Notes: generated by a model not told the origin, from the letters alone. A stretch of DNA of 64,000 nucleotides from Eledone cirrhosa (GCA_964016885.1 OZ024765.1:10044001-10108000), one strand, 5' to 3'. Shown: positions 28,108 through 42,772, numbered from the stretch's first letter. Translations and numbers: made by a program.

Positions 28108-28648
28108 GTAATAAAGTTTGTCTTTATCATCACCATCACCATCATCATCAGCCCCACCACCATTATCATCACCATCACCACCACCACCACCACCACAACC
28201 ACCACCATCATCAGCCCCACCACCATTATCATTCACCACCACCACCACCACCACCACCACCATCAGCCCCACCACCACCACCACCACCACCACCACCACA
28301 ACCACTACCATCATCAGCACCACCACCATTATCATTCACCACCACCACCACCACCACCACCACCACCACCATCAGCCCCACCACCATTATCATCACCACC
28401 ACCACCACCACCACCACAACCATCAGCCCCACCACCATTATCATCACCACCGCCACCACCACCACCACCACCATCAGCCCCACCACCATTATCATCACCA
28501 CCACCACCACCACCACAACCACCACCATCATCAGCACCACCACCATTATCATTCACCACCACCACCACCATCATCATCATCACCACCACCACCACCACCA
28601 CCACCATCATCATCATCACCACCACCAGCACCACCATCAGCCCCACCA

Positions 28649-29462
28649 GTCTAATGCACTTTTCCATCCTTTTCTGCCACGCTTGCATGCACTCCTGGAA
28701 GGATTCTTCCGGGATCCTCCGCAGTTCCGTCGTCACGGCCTTTTTGATGTCGGTCACGTCTTCAAAACGGGTCCCCTCCAGGTCATACTCGAAGATCCAT
28801 GACTCATCACTGGTGATGACTGTCCCTAGCAAGTCTGGTTTGGTTTCAAGACGCTCGACGATGTCCGAGCACACTTGCATGCGTTGACCCTTCTGGTCAT
28901 CGTTCAGCAATTTTGGCACCATCTTCACACAGACTTTCCGCATGTCCAAATCTTCAGTGAGAATCTTCCAGACGCTGTCCCGATTCATGCCCAGCTCATT
29001 TGCCATCAGTCGAACAGTCAGCCGACGATCGCTACGCACCATTTGCCTGACGCACTCAATATTGACCGCAGTCCTGGTTGTTGGGGGCCTTCCGCTCCTG
29101 GGGTCATCTTCCACGTCCTCGCCTGCTTCTTTAAACCTCTTGCACCACTCAAAAACACGTGAGCGTGACATCGTCTCAACTCCATACACTTGCTGCAGCA
29201 ATCCCAGTGCTTCTGACGGAGTTTTCCCCAACCGTACCAGAAACTTCAAGTTTGTTCGTTGCTCTGTGCTCATTGCCTAACGACCTGAAACAGAGGACAT
29301 GTATATAAAATTATGAAGAAAAAAGTTTGATCACTGCAGAGAGCTAAGGTTACAGTTACATACACCAGGGGGATTACTTTGAAGGAGAAAACTCTCAGTG
29401 TGAAGTTTGGGTTGGAAATAAATCTTTTGTGACATCAGTCCTGGAACTTTTCTGACACACCT
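28649..29462 (-). mobile_element. Mariner transposon, internally deleted and 3'-truncated
   Basis: HTH N-terminus, [26 protein letters not shown] fused directly to the C-terminal GTRF..; one TIR at ~29435-29462. Confidence 0.9.
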
Positions 29463-30477
29463 ATGTGTATATATGTATATGTATATATGTGTGTATATAT
29501 ATGTGTGTGTGTGTGTGTGTATCATCATCATCGTTTAACGTCTCCCCCTCCTTCAACTCCAGCTTCATCATCATCATCACCATTTTCTCCTCCTTCTTCT
29601 TCCTTCTTTATCTTCTTCGTGATCACCATCATTTTCTCCTTCATCTCTTCCATCTTCATTGCCACCACCACCTCCTCCAACACCAACAACATCATCATCA
29701 TCACCATCAACACTACCACCTTCATCATCATCACCATTATCATCATCATAAACGTCATCATAATCACCATCATCACCATCATCATAGTCACCATGATTAT
29801 CATCATCACCATCATCATCAACCTCATCACCACCACCATCACCAGCATCACCATTACCATCACCATCATCACCATCATCACCACCACCATCATCATAATC
29901 CCCATCACCATCACCATCATCACCATCATCACCACCACCATCATCATAATCCCCATCACCATCACCATCACCACCATCATCACCATCGCCATCGTCATAA
30001 TCCCCATCACCAACACCACCATCAACACCATCATCATCACCGTCAACAGCATCACCAAAACCATCAATCACCACCATCAGCTCCATCGTCAACACCATCA
30101 TCATCACCGTCAACAGCATCACCAAAACCATCAATCACCACCATCAGCTCCATCATCAACACCATCATCATCACCGTCAACAGCATCACCAAAACCATCA
30201 ATCACCACCATCAGCTCCATCATCAACACCATCATCATCACCGTCAACAGCATCACCAAAACCATCAATCACCACCATCAGCTCCATCGTCAACACCATC
30301 ATCATCACCGTCAACAGCATCACCAAAACCATCAATCACCACCATCAGCTCCATCGTCAACACCATCATCATCACCGTCAACAGCATCACCAAAACCATC
30401 AATCACCACCATCAGCTCCATCATCGTCAACAACATCATCATCACCGTCAACATCTTATTCTTCTTTCTTCATCCAG

Positions 30478-30612
30478 TTCCACCCCCAGCTTGCTGGTAT
30501 CATGGCCGACTAGTGGGCTTTGGAAAAATAAAAGGGACAAATTGTATCTGCAATCGGGATCTTTCTGTGACATGTATAGAGATAGATCGTCAAATGAATG
30601 ACCCACCCAGCG
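30478..30612 (+). CDS. Exon 9, 4-Cys module (PPPACWYHGRLVGFGKIKGTNCICNRDLSVTCIEIDRQMNDPPS)
   Basis: catccAG / GTAAGT, 135 nt, phase 1-1. Confidence 0.88.
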
Positions 30613-31248
30613 GTAAGTAATGGCTTTCCTTTTGATTTTGTCTTCTCTATATTTCTCTATATATTCTCACATACTAAAGAACTAAAGACTGACCATAAAT
30701 TATCTTTACAACATGTAAAGTGAATATTTAGAAGTAGTTAACCCTTTAGTGTTCAAACCGGCCAAAACCGGCCAGAATTCTCTACCCCTTTCTGTTGAAA
30801 CTGGTTGTAACTGGTCGCTCAAATTTATGTTAAGGTATTGTTCTCAAAATAAATACTTTCAAAATCTCATAGATTCAATATTATGTGAGATAATTATGTG
30901 AGGTAAAGCCTTTACCATGAAAATATAATCACCCAAGACACCTCCAATGAGATATACCTTGGAGGAGGCCAGCTAAACGTGCATAGATGTGAGCTGTCAC
31001 ACACACACTAAAGAATAAATAGTCCAGGCTGGCCTGCAGACCCACAGAGTATGGTGGATTATACCAGGTTTTTTTCCATTCTTTGCCAGGGAACATTTCC
31101 ACGAACCAAAGTATCGTCTTCCTGTCTTCCTTCAGTTGCAACGTTTTTCGAAATATTTACTTCTGTGTTCACAGATTGATTTTCTTAGTTTCAGAAGATC
31201 CCGTTAAGGGTGAAAGCATCGATTCTTTTTTTAAACTTTAATGTGTTA

Positions 31249-31321
<73 letters not shown>

Positions 31322-31394
31322 TAGCGTCGAAGATGGACATTAAACGACGATGATGATGATATATGTCTGAATGTACTTCTCTTTTCTTCCACAG

Positions 31395-31511
31395 ATATTA
31401 CATGTTCGTACAATGGTAAAATTGTAAAAGTGGGATATATCGATGATGTCTCAGGATGTGAATGTTTAGCTTCTGGAAAGGTTAAATGTCCTACTGATTC
31501 CATGGAGCAAG
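31395..31511 (+). CDS. Exon 10, tandem module copy 1 (DITCSYNGKIVKVGYIDDVSGCECLASGKVKCPTDSMEQ)
   Basis: ttccacAG / AAG|GTAATA, 117 nt, phase 1-1. Confidence 0.88.
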
Positions 31512-31959
31512 GTAATATTTCACCTTTGTTACCACATTAGTACATCTTTTCCCAGATACCTGTATAGCTGATGTGCATATCTTCTGTTGAGAAACCAAAT
31601 ACATATGCTAACCCCTTTGTTACCAAATTAGTACTAGCTTGTCAGGTTCAGATGTGTGATGCTTGGATGTGGCTTTTCAAGCCTGGTAGACTTGCACTCC
31701 TTCACACACTGACAACAACTATGGACAACAATGGACCTCCCTGGCCGGGAGACCGTGGACCAATCAAGGAACTCAACAGATTCAGGATTGTTCTTCACAC
31801 TTTGTTGAATTCACAGCTAAGGCTTTTAGTTAAAAAATGGTAGTTATATCTACCTTATGTTTACCCTAATCTTCATAAATATATAAGAAAACTGTTGAGT
31901 TCTTCTAATCTGTTATACACTAAATTTGTTGAATAATCAACAAATTAAATAACTCATTG

Positions 31960-32029
<70 letters not shown>

Positions 32030-32777
32030 TATAAGTTGATAAAATAACAGTAAGGTGTTCAGATAATTATTTAACCCTTTAATGTTCAAACCGGCCCAAA
32101 ACTGGCCAGAATTCTCTACCTCTTTCTGTTGAAACTGGCTGTAACTGGTCACTCAAACTGATGTTAAGGTATTGTTCTCAAAATAAATACTTTCAAAATC
32201 TCATAGATTCGATATTATGTGAGATAATTATGTGAGGTAAGGCCCTCACCATAAAAATACAATAGTATCATCATCATCATCATCATCACCGTTTTACGTC
32301 CGTTCTTCCACGCTAGCATGGGTTAGTATATATAGAGTAATGTGAATGCTAAAGGGTTAATGTTCAAACTGGCCAAAACCGGCCAGAATTCTCTTCCTCT
32401 TTCTGTTGAAACTGGCTGTAACTGGTCACTCAAACTGAGTTACATGGTAGCGAGACCTGGGCACTGTGTGTAGAAGACTTGCGTAGATTAGAAAGAAATG
32501 AAGCCTGCATGCTTTGAATATACGTGAACGACAAAGCATGAACAAATTGAGAGAGAGACTGAGCATAAGAGGAATCAAGTGCTGTGTGCAGGAGAGGAGG
32601 ATGCGTTGGTATGGACATGTGATGCGTATGAAGGATGACAGCTGCTTAAAAAGGTGCAGAGCATTAAAAGTTGATGGAAGCTGCGGAGTGGGGAGACCCA
32701 AAAAGACCTGGATGAGGTGATAAAAGCCGACCTTCATATGTAGGTTTTTTTTTTGTATTCTTCAATAAACAAAACTC

Positions 32778-32912
32778 ATTATTTCTGAAGACGGCGGGTA
32801 GTGAAGACGTATGTATTTTTTCCTACTATGATATTTTGTAATATGTTTTACATAGATCAATAATTGAATGAACATGCAGGGAACTATGCTCCAGAAACGA
32901 TCGTAAAATAAT
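32778..32912 (+). ncRNA. Type I hammerhead with ~100-nt domain II insert
   Basis: ATTATTT-CTGAAGA-[~100 nt]-GAAA-CGATCG-TA-AAATAAT. Confidence 0.6.
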
Positions 32913-33282
32913 GTGTTTTACTATGAATTAACAGTTCTGTGTTTAATTTCATTGTTTTAATATTTCTATTTTGACTCTGTATCCAATTGAATTATATCGT
33001 TGAAAATGTTTGTATTTTAAAATTTGCTTCACGACATCTACATACGGATTACATTGAGTTCTTCATACGGTTTAGAACCTACCATTGAGTGGTAGATTTA
33101 TCTGTGTGTATATATATATATAAATATATCCAAAATTAAATTAAGGGTGTCATGTCCGAGAGAGATACGCCATATCCACTGCAGAATATGCTCAAAGTGC
33201 TTTCACACTTTACAAATTATTCCCTGTGATTGTTTCATATGTTTATTTTAGATATATATATATGTCAATCAATTTCTAGTTG

Positions 33283-33316
<34 letters not shown>

Positions 33317-33705
33317 GGAGGCACATGGCTTAGTACGGAGGCACATGGCTTAGTATGGAGGCATATGGCTTAGTGGTTAGAGCATTGGCCTTGCAATCGA
33401 AAGGTTGTGAGTTCAATTCTCAGACCGGGTGATGTGTTGTTTCCTTGAGCAAGACACTTTATTTCACATTGCTCCAGTTTACTCAGCTGTAGAAAGGAGA
33501 TGATAGGGACTGGGGTCCATATCATTCCACTGCAAAGTGGACGTGGAGGTGCCACGGCAAAAAAAAAGCACCCAGCACTCACTGTAAATGAGGTTGGTGT
33601 TAGGAAGGGCATCCAGCTGTAGAAATCAAGCCAGAATCAGTTCCCGTCCCACCCTTGCAAGCAGGGAAAAAGTGGATGTAAAATGAAATGATGATGATGA
33701 TGATA
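33317..33705 (+). mobile_element. tRNA-derived SINE with triplicated 20-bp head
   Basis: GGAGGCAYATGGCTTAGT x3, then A/B boxes, body and (ATG)n tail. Confidence 0.85.
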
Positions 33706-33799
33706 TATATATATATATATATATACTAGCATCGAAGATGGACATTAAACGACAATGATGATGATATATGTCTGAATGTACTTCTCTTTTCTTCCACAG

Positions 33800-33916
33800 A
33801 TATTACATGTTCGTACAATGGTAAAATTGTAAAACTGGGATATATCGATGTTGACACAGGATGTGAATGTTTATCTTCTGGAAAGGTTAAATGTCCTACT
33901 GATTCCATGGAGCAAG
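33800..33916 (+). CDS. Exon 11, tandem module copy 2 (..KLGYIDVDTGCECLSSG..)
   Basis: Same splice sites; 5 amino-acid differences from copy 1. Confidence 0.85.
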
Positions 33917-35178
33917 GTAATATTTCACCTTTGTTACCACATTAGTACATCTTTTCCCAGATACCTGTATAGTTGATGTGCATATCTTCTGTTGAGAAGC
34001 CAAATACATATGCTAACCCCTTTGTTACCAAATTAGTACTAGCTTGTCAGGTTCAGATGTGTGATGCTTGGATGTGGCTTTTCAAGCCTGCTAGACTTGC
34101 ACTCCTTCACACACTGACAACAACTATGGACAACAATGGACCTCCCTGGCCTGAAGTCTCCCAGGACGGGAGACCTTGGACCAATCAAGGAACTCAACAG
34201 ATTCAGGATTATTCTTCACACTTTGTTGAATTCACAGCTAAGGCTTTTAGTTCAAAAATGGTAGTTATATCTACCCTAATCTTCATAAATATATAAGAAA
34301 GCTGTTGAGTGCTGCTAATCTGTTATACACTAAATTTGTTGAATAATCAACAAATTACATAACTCATTGCTTATATATACATATAGAGGGAGAATTCCAT
34401 AAGTTGATAAAATAACAGTAAGGTGTTCAGATAATTATTTAACCCTTTAATGTTCAAACCGGCCAAAACCGGCCAGAATTCTCTACCTCTTTCTGTTGAA
34501 ACTGGCTGTAACTGGTCACTCAAACTGATGTTAAGGTATTGTTCTCAAAATAAATACTTTCAAAATCTCATAGATTCGATATTATGTGAGATAATTATGT
34601 GAGGTAAGGCCCTCACTATAAAAATACAATAGTATCATCATCATCACCATCACCGTTTTACGTCCGTTCTTCCACGCTAGCATGGGTTAGTATATATAGA
34701 GTAATGTGAATGCTAAAGGGTTAATGTTCAAACCGGCCAGAATTCTCTTCCTCTTTCTGTTGAAACTGGCTGTAACTGGTCACTCAAACTGAGTTACATG
34801 GTAGCGAGACCTGGGCACTGTGTGTAGAAGACTTGCGTAGATTAGAAAGAAATGAAGCCTGCATGCTCTGATGGATGTGTAATACTAATATACGCGAACG
34901 GCAAAGCATGAACAAATTGAGAGAGAGACTGAGCATAAGAGGAATCAAATGCTGTGTGCAGGAGAGGAGGTTGCGTTGGTATGGACATATGATGCGTATG
35001 AAGGATGACAGCTGCTTAAAAAGATGCAGAGCATTAAAAGTTGATGGAATCCGCGGAGTGGGGAGACCCAAAATGATGATGATGATGATATATATATATA
35101 TATGCTAGCGTCGAAGATGGACATTAAACGACAATGATGATGATATATGTCTGAATGTATTTCTCTTTTCTTCCACAG

Positions 35179-35295
35179 ATATTAAATGTTCGTACAATGG
35201 TAAAATTGTAAAAGTGGGATATATCGATGATGTCTCAGGATGTGAATGTTTATCTTCTGGAAAGGTTAAATGTCCTACTGATTCCATGGAGCAAG
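35179..35295 (+). CDS. Exon 12, tandem module copy 3
   Basis: Same splice sites, open frame (DIKC...LSSG). Confidence 0.85.
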
Positions 35296-36557
35296 GTAAT
35301 ATTTCACCTTTGTTACCACATTAGTACATCTTTTCCCAGATACCTGTATAGCTGATGTGCATATCTTCTGTTGAGAAGCCAAATACATATGCTAACCCCT
35401 TTGTTACCAAATTAGTACTAGCTTGTCAGGTTCAGATGTGTGATGCTTGGATGTGGCTTTTCAAGCCTGCTAGACTTGCACTCCTTCACACACTGACAAC
35501 AACTATGGACAACAATGGACCTCCCTGGCCTGAAGTCTCCCAGGACGGGAGACGTTGGACCAATCAAGGAACTCAACAGATTCAGGATTATTCTTCACAC
35601 TTTGTTGAATTCACAGCTAAGGCTTTTAGTTCAAAAATGGTAGTTATATCTACCCTAATCTTCATAAATATATAAGAAAACTGTTGAGTGCTGCTAATCT
35701 GTTATACACTAAATTTGTTGAATAATCAACAAATTACATAACTCATTGCTTATATATATATATAGAGGGAGAATTCCATAAGTTGATAAAATAACAGTAA
35801 GGTGTTCAGATAATTATTTAACCCTTTAATGTTCAAACCGGCCAAAACCGGCCAGAATTCTCTACCTCTTTCTGTTGAAACTGGCTGTAACTGGTCACTC
35901 AAACTGATGTTAAGGTATTGTTCTCAAAATAAATACTTTCAAAATCTCATAGATTCGATATTATGTGAGATAATTATGTGAGGTAAGGCCCTCACTATAA
36001 AAATACAATAGTATCATCATCATCACCATCACCGTTTTACGTCCGTTCTTCCACGCTAGCATGGGTTAGTATATATAGAGTAATGTGAATGCTAAAGGGT
36101 TAATGTTCAAACCGGCCAGAATTCTCTTCCTCTTTCTGTTGAAACTGGCTGTAACTGGTCACTCAAACTGAGTTACATGGTAGCGAGACCTGGGCACTGT
36201 GTGTAGAAGACTTGCGTAGATTAGAAAGAAATGAAGCCTGCATGCTCTGATGGATGTGTAATACTAATATACGCGAACGGCAAAGCATGAACAAATTGAG
36301 AGAGAGACTGAGCATAAGAGGAATCAAATGCTGTGTGCAGGAGAGGAGGTTGCGTTGGTATGGACATATGATGCGTATGAAGGATGACAGCTGCTTAAAA
36401 AGATGCAGAGCATTAAAAGTTGATGGAATCCGCGGAGTGGGGAGACCCAAAATGATGATGATGATGATATATATATATATATGCTAGCGTCGAAGATGGA
36501 CATTAAACGACAATGATGATGATATATGTCTGAATGTATTTCTCTTTTCTTCCACAG

Positions 36558-36674
36558 ATATTAAATGTTCGTACAATGGTAAAATTGTAAAAGTGGGATA
36601 TATCGATGATGTCTCAGGATGTGAATGTTTATCTTCTGGAAAGGTTAAATGTCCTACTGATTCCATGGAGCAAG
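36558..36674 (+). CDS. Exon 13, tandem module copy 4
   Basis: Identical to copy 3, 1379 bp downstream. Confidence 0.82.
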
Positions 36675-37936
36675 GTAATATTTCACCTTTGTTACCACAT
36701 TAGTACATCTTTTCCCAGATACCTGTATAGCTGATGTGCATATCTTCTGTTGAGAAGCCAAATACATATGCTAACCCCTTTGTTACCAAATTAGTACTAG
36801 CTTGTCAGGTTCAGATGTGTGATGCTTGGATGTGGCTTTTCAAGCCTGCTAGACTTGCACTCCTTCACACACTGACAACAACTATGGACAACAATGGACC
36901 TCCCTGGCCTGAAGTCTCCCAGGACGGGAGACGTTGGACCAATCAAGGAACTCAACAGATTCAGGATTATTCTTCACACTTTGTTGAATTCACAGCTAAG
37001 GCTTTTAGTTCAAAAATGGTAGTTATATCTACCCTAATCTTCATAAATATATAAGAAAACTGTTGAGTGCTGCTAATCTGTTATACACTAAATTTGTTGA
37101 ATAATCAACAAATTACATAACTCATTGCTTATATATACATATAGAGAGAGAATTCCATAAGTTGATAAAATAACAGTAAGGTGTTCAGATAATTATTTAA
37201 CCCTTTAATGTTCAAACCGGCCAAAACCGGCCAGAATCCTCTACCTCTTTCTGTTGAAACTGGCTGTAACTGGTCACTCAAACTGATGTTAAGGTATTGT
37301 TCTCAAAATAAATACTTTCAAAATCTCATAGATTCGATATTATGTGAGATAATTATGTGAGGTAAGGCCCTCACAATAAAAATACAATAGTATCATCATC
37401 ATCATCATCACCGTTTTACGTCCGTTCTTCCACGCTAGCATGGGTTAGTATATATAGAGTAATGTGAATGCTAAAGGGTTAATGTTCAAACCGGCCAGAA
37501 TTCTCTTCCTCTTTCTGTTGAAACTGGCTGTAACTGGTCACTCAAACTGAGTTACATGGTAGCGAGACCTGGGCACTGTGTGTAGAAGACTTGCGTAGAT
37601 TAGAAAGAAATGAAGCCTGCATGCTCTGATGGATGTGTAATACTAATATACGCGAACGGCAAAGCATGAACAAATTGAGAGAGAGACTGAGCATAAGAGG
37701 AATCAAATGCTGTGTGCAGGAGAGGAGGTTGCGTTGGTATGGACATATGATGCGTATGAAGGATGACAGCTGCTTAAAAAGATGCAGAGCATTAAAAGTT
37801 GATGGAAGCCGCGGAGTGGGGTGACCCAAAGTAATGATGATGATGATATATATATATATATGCTAGCGTCGAAGATGGACATTAAACGACAATGATGATG
37901 ATATATGTCTGAATGTACTTCTCTTTTCTTCCACAG

Positions 37937-38053
37937 ATATTACATGTTCGTACAATGGTAAAATTGTAAAAGTGGGATATATCGATGATGTCTCAGGATG
38001 TGAATGTTTAGCTTCTGGAAAGGTTAAATGTCCTACTGATTCCATGGAGCAAG
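37937..38053 (+). CDS. Exon 14, tandem module copy 5
   Basis: Same as copy 1, splice sites intact. Confidence 0.85.
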
Positions 38054-38508
38054 GTAATATTTCACCTTTGTTACCACATTAGTACATCTTTTCCCAGATA
38101 CCTGTATAGCTGATGTGCATATCTTCTGTTGAGAAGCCAAATACATATGCTAACCCCTTTGTTACCAAATTAGTACTAGCTTGTCAGGTTCAGATGTGTG
38201 ATGCTTGGATGTGGCTTTTCAAGCCTGCTAGACTTGCACTCCTTCACACACTGACAACAACTATGGACAACAATGGACCTCCCTGGCCTGAAGTCTCCCA
38301 GGATGGGAGACCTTGGACCAATCAAGGAACTCAACAGATTCAGGATTATTCTTCACACTTTGTTGAATTCACAGCTAAGGCTTTTAGTTCAAAAATGGTA
38401 GTTATATCTACCCTAATCTTCATAAATATATAAGAAAGCAGTTGAGTGCTTCTAATCTGTTATACACTAAATTTGTTGAATAATCAACAAATTAAATAAC
38501 TCATTGCT

Positions 38509-38539
<31 letters not shown>

Positions 38540-39323
38540 TTCCATAAGTTGATAAAATAACAGTAAGGTGTTCAGATAATTATTTAACCCTTTAATGTTC
38601 AAACCGGCCAAAACCGGCCAGAATTCTCTACCTCTTTCTGTTGAAACTGGCTGTAACTGGTCACTCAAACTGATGTTAAGGTATTGTTCTCAAAATAAAT
38701 ACTTTCAAAATCTCATAGATTCGATATTATGTGAGATAATTATGTGAGGTAAGGCCCTCACAATAAAAATACAATAGTATCATCATCATCATCATCACCG
38801 TTTTACGTCCATTCTTCCACGCTAGCATGGGTTAGTATATATAGAGTAATGTGAATGCTAAAGGGTTAATGTTCAAACCAGCCAGAATTCTCTTCCTCTT
38901 TCTGTTGAAACTGGCTGTAACTGGTCACTCAAACTGAGTTACATGGTAGCGAGACCTGGGCACTGTGTGTAGAAGACTTGCGTAGATTAGAAAGAAATGA
39001 AGCCTGCATGCTCTGATGGATGTGTAATACTAATATACGCGAACGGCAAAGCATGAACAAATTGAGAGAGAGACTGAGCATAAGAGGAATCAAATGCTGT
39101 GTGCAGGAGAGGAGGTTGCGTTGGTATGGACATATGATGCGTATGAAGGATGACAGCTGCTTAAAAAGATGCAGAGCATTAAAAGTTGATGGAATCCGCG
39201 GAGTGGGGAGACCCAAAATGATGATGATGATGATATATATATATATATGCTAGCGTCGAAGATGGACATTAAACGACAATGATGATGATATATGTCTGAA
39301 TGTACTTCTCTTTTCTTCCACAG

Positions 39324-39440
39324 ATATTAAATGTTCGTACAATGGTAAAATTGTAAAAGTGGGATATATCGATGATGTCTCAGGATGTGAATGTTTAGCT
39401 TCTGGAAAGGTTAAATGTCCTAATGATCCCGCAGGGCCAG
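39324..39440 (+). CDS. Exon 15, tandem module copy 6 (ends ..CPNDPAGP)
   Basis: Splice sites intact, divergent 3' linker. Confidence 0.85.
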
Positions 39441-40101
39441 GTAATATTTCACCTTTGTTACCACATTAGTACATCTTTTCCCAGATACCTGTATAGCTGA
39501 TGTGCATATCTTCTGTTGAGAAGCCAAATACATATGTTAACCCCTTTGTTACCAAATTAGTACTAGCTTGTCAGGTTCAGATGTGTGATGCTTGGATGTG
39601 GCTTTTCAAGCCTGCTAGACTTGCACTCCTTCACACACTGACAACAACTATGGACAACAATGGACCTCCCTGGCCTGAAGTCTTGCGTCAGGTTGCCTGT
39701 GAACCCTCACGATACCACGGTGATCGTAGTTCACTGGTTCTCTTTCAACATATACATATATATATATATGTGTATATGTATATATATATATACATATACA
39801 TATATATACATATATATATATACATATATATATACTTATACATATATATATATATACATATACATATATATATACATATACATATGCATATATATATATA
39901 TATACATATATACATATACATATATACATATACATATATATATATATATACATATATATATACATATAATATATACATATATATATACATATCATATACA
40001 TATACATATATATATATATACATATACATATATATATATACATATATATACATATATATACATATACATATATATACATATATATATATACATATACATA
40101 T

Positions 40102-40135
<34 letters not shown>

Positions 40136-40259
40136 ACATATATATATATACATATACATATATATATATATACACATATACATATATATACACATATACA
40201 TATATATATATATATACACATATATATATATAAACATATATATATATACATATACATAT

Positions 40260-40305
<46 letters not shown>

Positions 40306-40330
40306 ATATATATACATATATATATATATA

Positions 40331-41184
40331 CATCATCATCATCATTATCATCATCATTTTACGTCCGCTTTTCCCTGCTTGCAAGGGTGGGACGGGTCTT
40401 ATTCAGCACAGCATCTCTCCACTCATCACGGTCCCTCGTCATCTACACCGTGAGCTTCAATGATCTGAGGTCTGTTCTCACCACCACCGCCCATGTTTTT
40501 CGTGGTCTACCTCTACCACGTCTTCCTTCAACTGGCAATTCCTGACACTTCTTCACCCGTCGGTCATCCTCCATGCGCATCACATGTCCATACCACCTCA
40601 GTCTCCTCTCTCGCACACTACATTCTATCCCTCTCAGACACAGTTTCTCTCTCAACACATTTATGCTGGGTCATTCACGCACATTTACACTGCACATCCA
40701 ATGGAGCATGCTTGCCCTATTTCTCTCCAGCCGTCGCATATCCTCTGCAGTTGCTGCCCATGTCTCACTACCATGCAGCATCGCGCTCCTCACACAGGCA
40801 TCATACAACCGGCCTTTCGTACGCAGGGAGAAGCCCTTCTTTGTCAACAGAGGAAGCAGCTCCCTAAACTTCTTCCAACCCATCCTTATTCTAGATACTA
40901 TGGCCTCGGAACACCCTCCTCCCATGCTAATCTGATCTCCTAGGTACTGGAAGCTATCCACCACTTCTATAGCGCCCTCCTGCATCTGAAAAATGTGTCT
41001 ATCAATGCGATTTCTACTGTCTAATTTCCCTGTACATCTACTGCATACATATTTCTCCCTACCTGTTAGTTTGCCTGCTATCCCGCTACATCTCTTGTGT
41101 ACCCAGGATCTGCATTGTGTGCATTTTATAGAATTTATGCCAGTTCCTTTTCTGCATATCGAACATGGCCATTTCCCTGACGGA
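40331..41184 (-). mobile_element. RTE-clade LINE 3' fragment (diverged subfamily)
   Basis: [36 protein letters not shown]; (ATG)n tail. Confidence 0.88.
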
Positions 41185-41191
41185 AATATAC

Positions 41192-41240
<49 letters not shown>

Positions 41241-41433
41241 CATATATATATATACACATTTATATATATAGATATATATAGATATATATATATAAACATA
41301 TATATATATACATATATATATATAAACATATATATATAAACATATATATATATATACATATATATATATACATATATATATATATACACATATATATATA
41401 TACACATATATATATATACATATATATATACAC

Positions 41434-41464
<31 letters not shown>

Positions 41465-41549
41465 CATATATATATACATATATATATACACATATATATA
41501 TATACATATATATATATATACACATATATATATAGATATTTATATACAC

Positions 41550-41580
<31 letters not shown>

Positions 41581-41738
41581 CATATATATACACATATATA
41601 TATATATACATATATATATATACATATATATATACATATATATATATATACATATATATATACATATATATACATATACATATATATATACATATATATA
41701 TATATACATATATATATATACATATATATACATATACA

Positions 41739-41772
<34 letters not shown>

Positions 41773-42101
41773 CATATATATATATAAATTTTAGTACAGC
41801 ATTGACGAAGCTTTAGAATACGGCCAAGCTAACGTATATGCAGAATCGGTCTGTAGCTTGAGCACTCAGATGAGGAAAGACCCCAGAGGAATAACATTAC
41901 GTTCAGACAGCTTAGCAAATCAGATATAGCGGTCGGCAATCCAGCCACATCACTAGAGCAACGAAAATACAGGACCCAGGAAAAGATTTTATACTGACTC
42001 GGACATAGCGGTGAGGCTGAGTGCAAAATATATAACTTACATCGTATATCACACAATATAGATCACATATCGCATCCAACGATATGTGATCTATATTGTT
42101 G

Positions 42102-42179
<78 letters not shown>

Positions 42180-42203
42180 ATATATAGATATTTATATACA
42201 CAC

Positions 42204-42234
<31 letters not shown>

Positions 42235-42249
42235 CATATATATATACAC

Positions 42250-42280
<31 letters not shown>

Positions 42281-42325
42281 CATATATATATACATATATA
42301 TATATATACACATATATATATATAC

Positions 42326-42365
<40 letters not shown>

Positions 42366-42387
42366 ATATATAGATATTTATATACAC

Positions 42388-42418
<31 letters not shown>

Positions 42419-42772
42419 CATATATATATACATATATATATATACATATATACATATATACATATATATATACATATATATATATATACATATATATACA
42501 TATATATATACATATATATATACATATATATATATATACACATATATATAATTAAGTTAAAGATGTACATCCATATATGTATACTGAAATACTAGTATGT
42601 ATATGAATACACACACGTATACATATGTAGATGTACCAAGTTTTTTTCACTGGTCACTTTACTGTGAGTGGCCAGCTATTCTGTATGTAAACACACAGAC
42701 AAACCGGTTTTTAGAGTCATACTGGTTTTTGAGGAAACACCTTTCCTCTATTCTCCAGAAAGCCAGACAAGG

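Larger units (their letters stand above)
31318..39683 (+). repeat. Tandem segmental array of six exon-bearing units (exon spacings 2405, 1379, 1379, 1379, 1387 bp)
   Basis: Near-identical units containing the exon, intron, TTAA-MITE pieces and an RTE fragment; last unit partial. Confidence 0.95.

Noticed and set aside
28118-30450. His/Pro/Thr-rich ORFs resembling histidine-rich or extensin-like proteins
   Set aside because: (CAC/CAT)n and 67-bp repeats are open in several frames, lie between well-defined exons and are interrupted by a mariner.
31187-31230. Hammerhead-like CAGAAGA-TCCC/GGGT-GAAA (also ~50180 and ~60860 on the minus strand)
   Set aside because: Core is altered and there is no convincing stem I or cleavage triplet; at most a degenerate relative.
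33357-33430. tRNA gene
   Set aside because: The A/B boxes run into a SINE body and tail present in several copies, so this is a SINE head.
31571-38433. Repeated ~106-aa ORF ([10 protein letters not shown]...) and antisense 60-aa ORF
   Set aside because: They recur only because of the tandem duplication; one is intronic (frameshifted in copy 1) and the other is antisense to the real exon.
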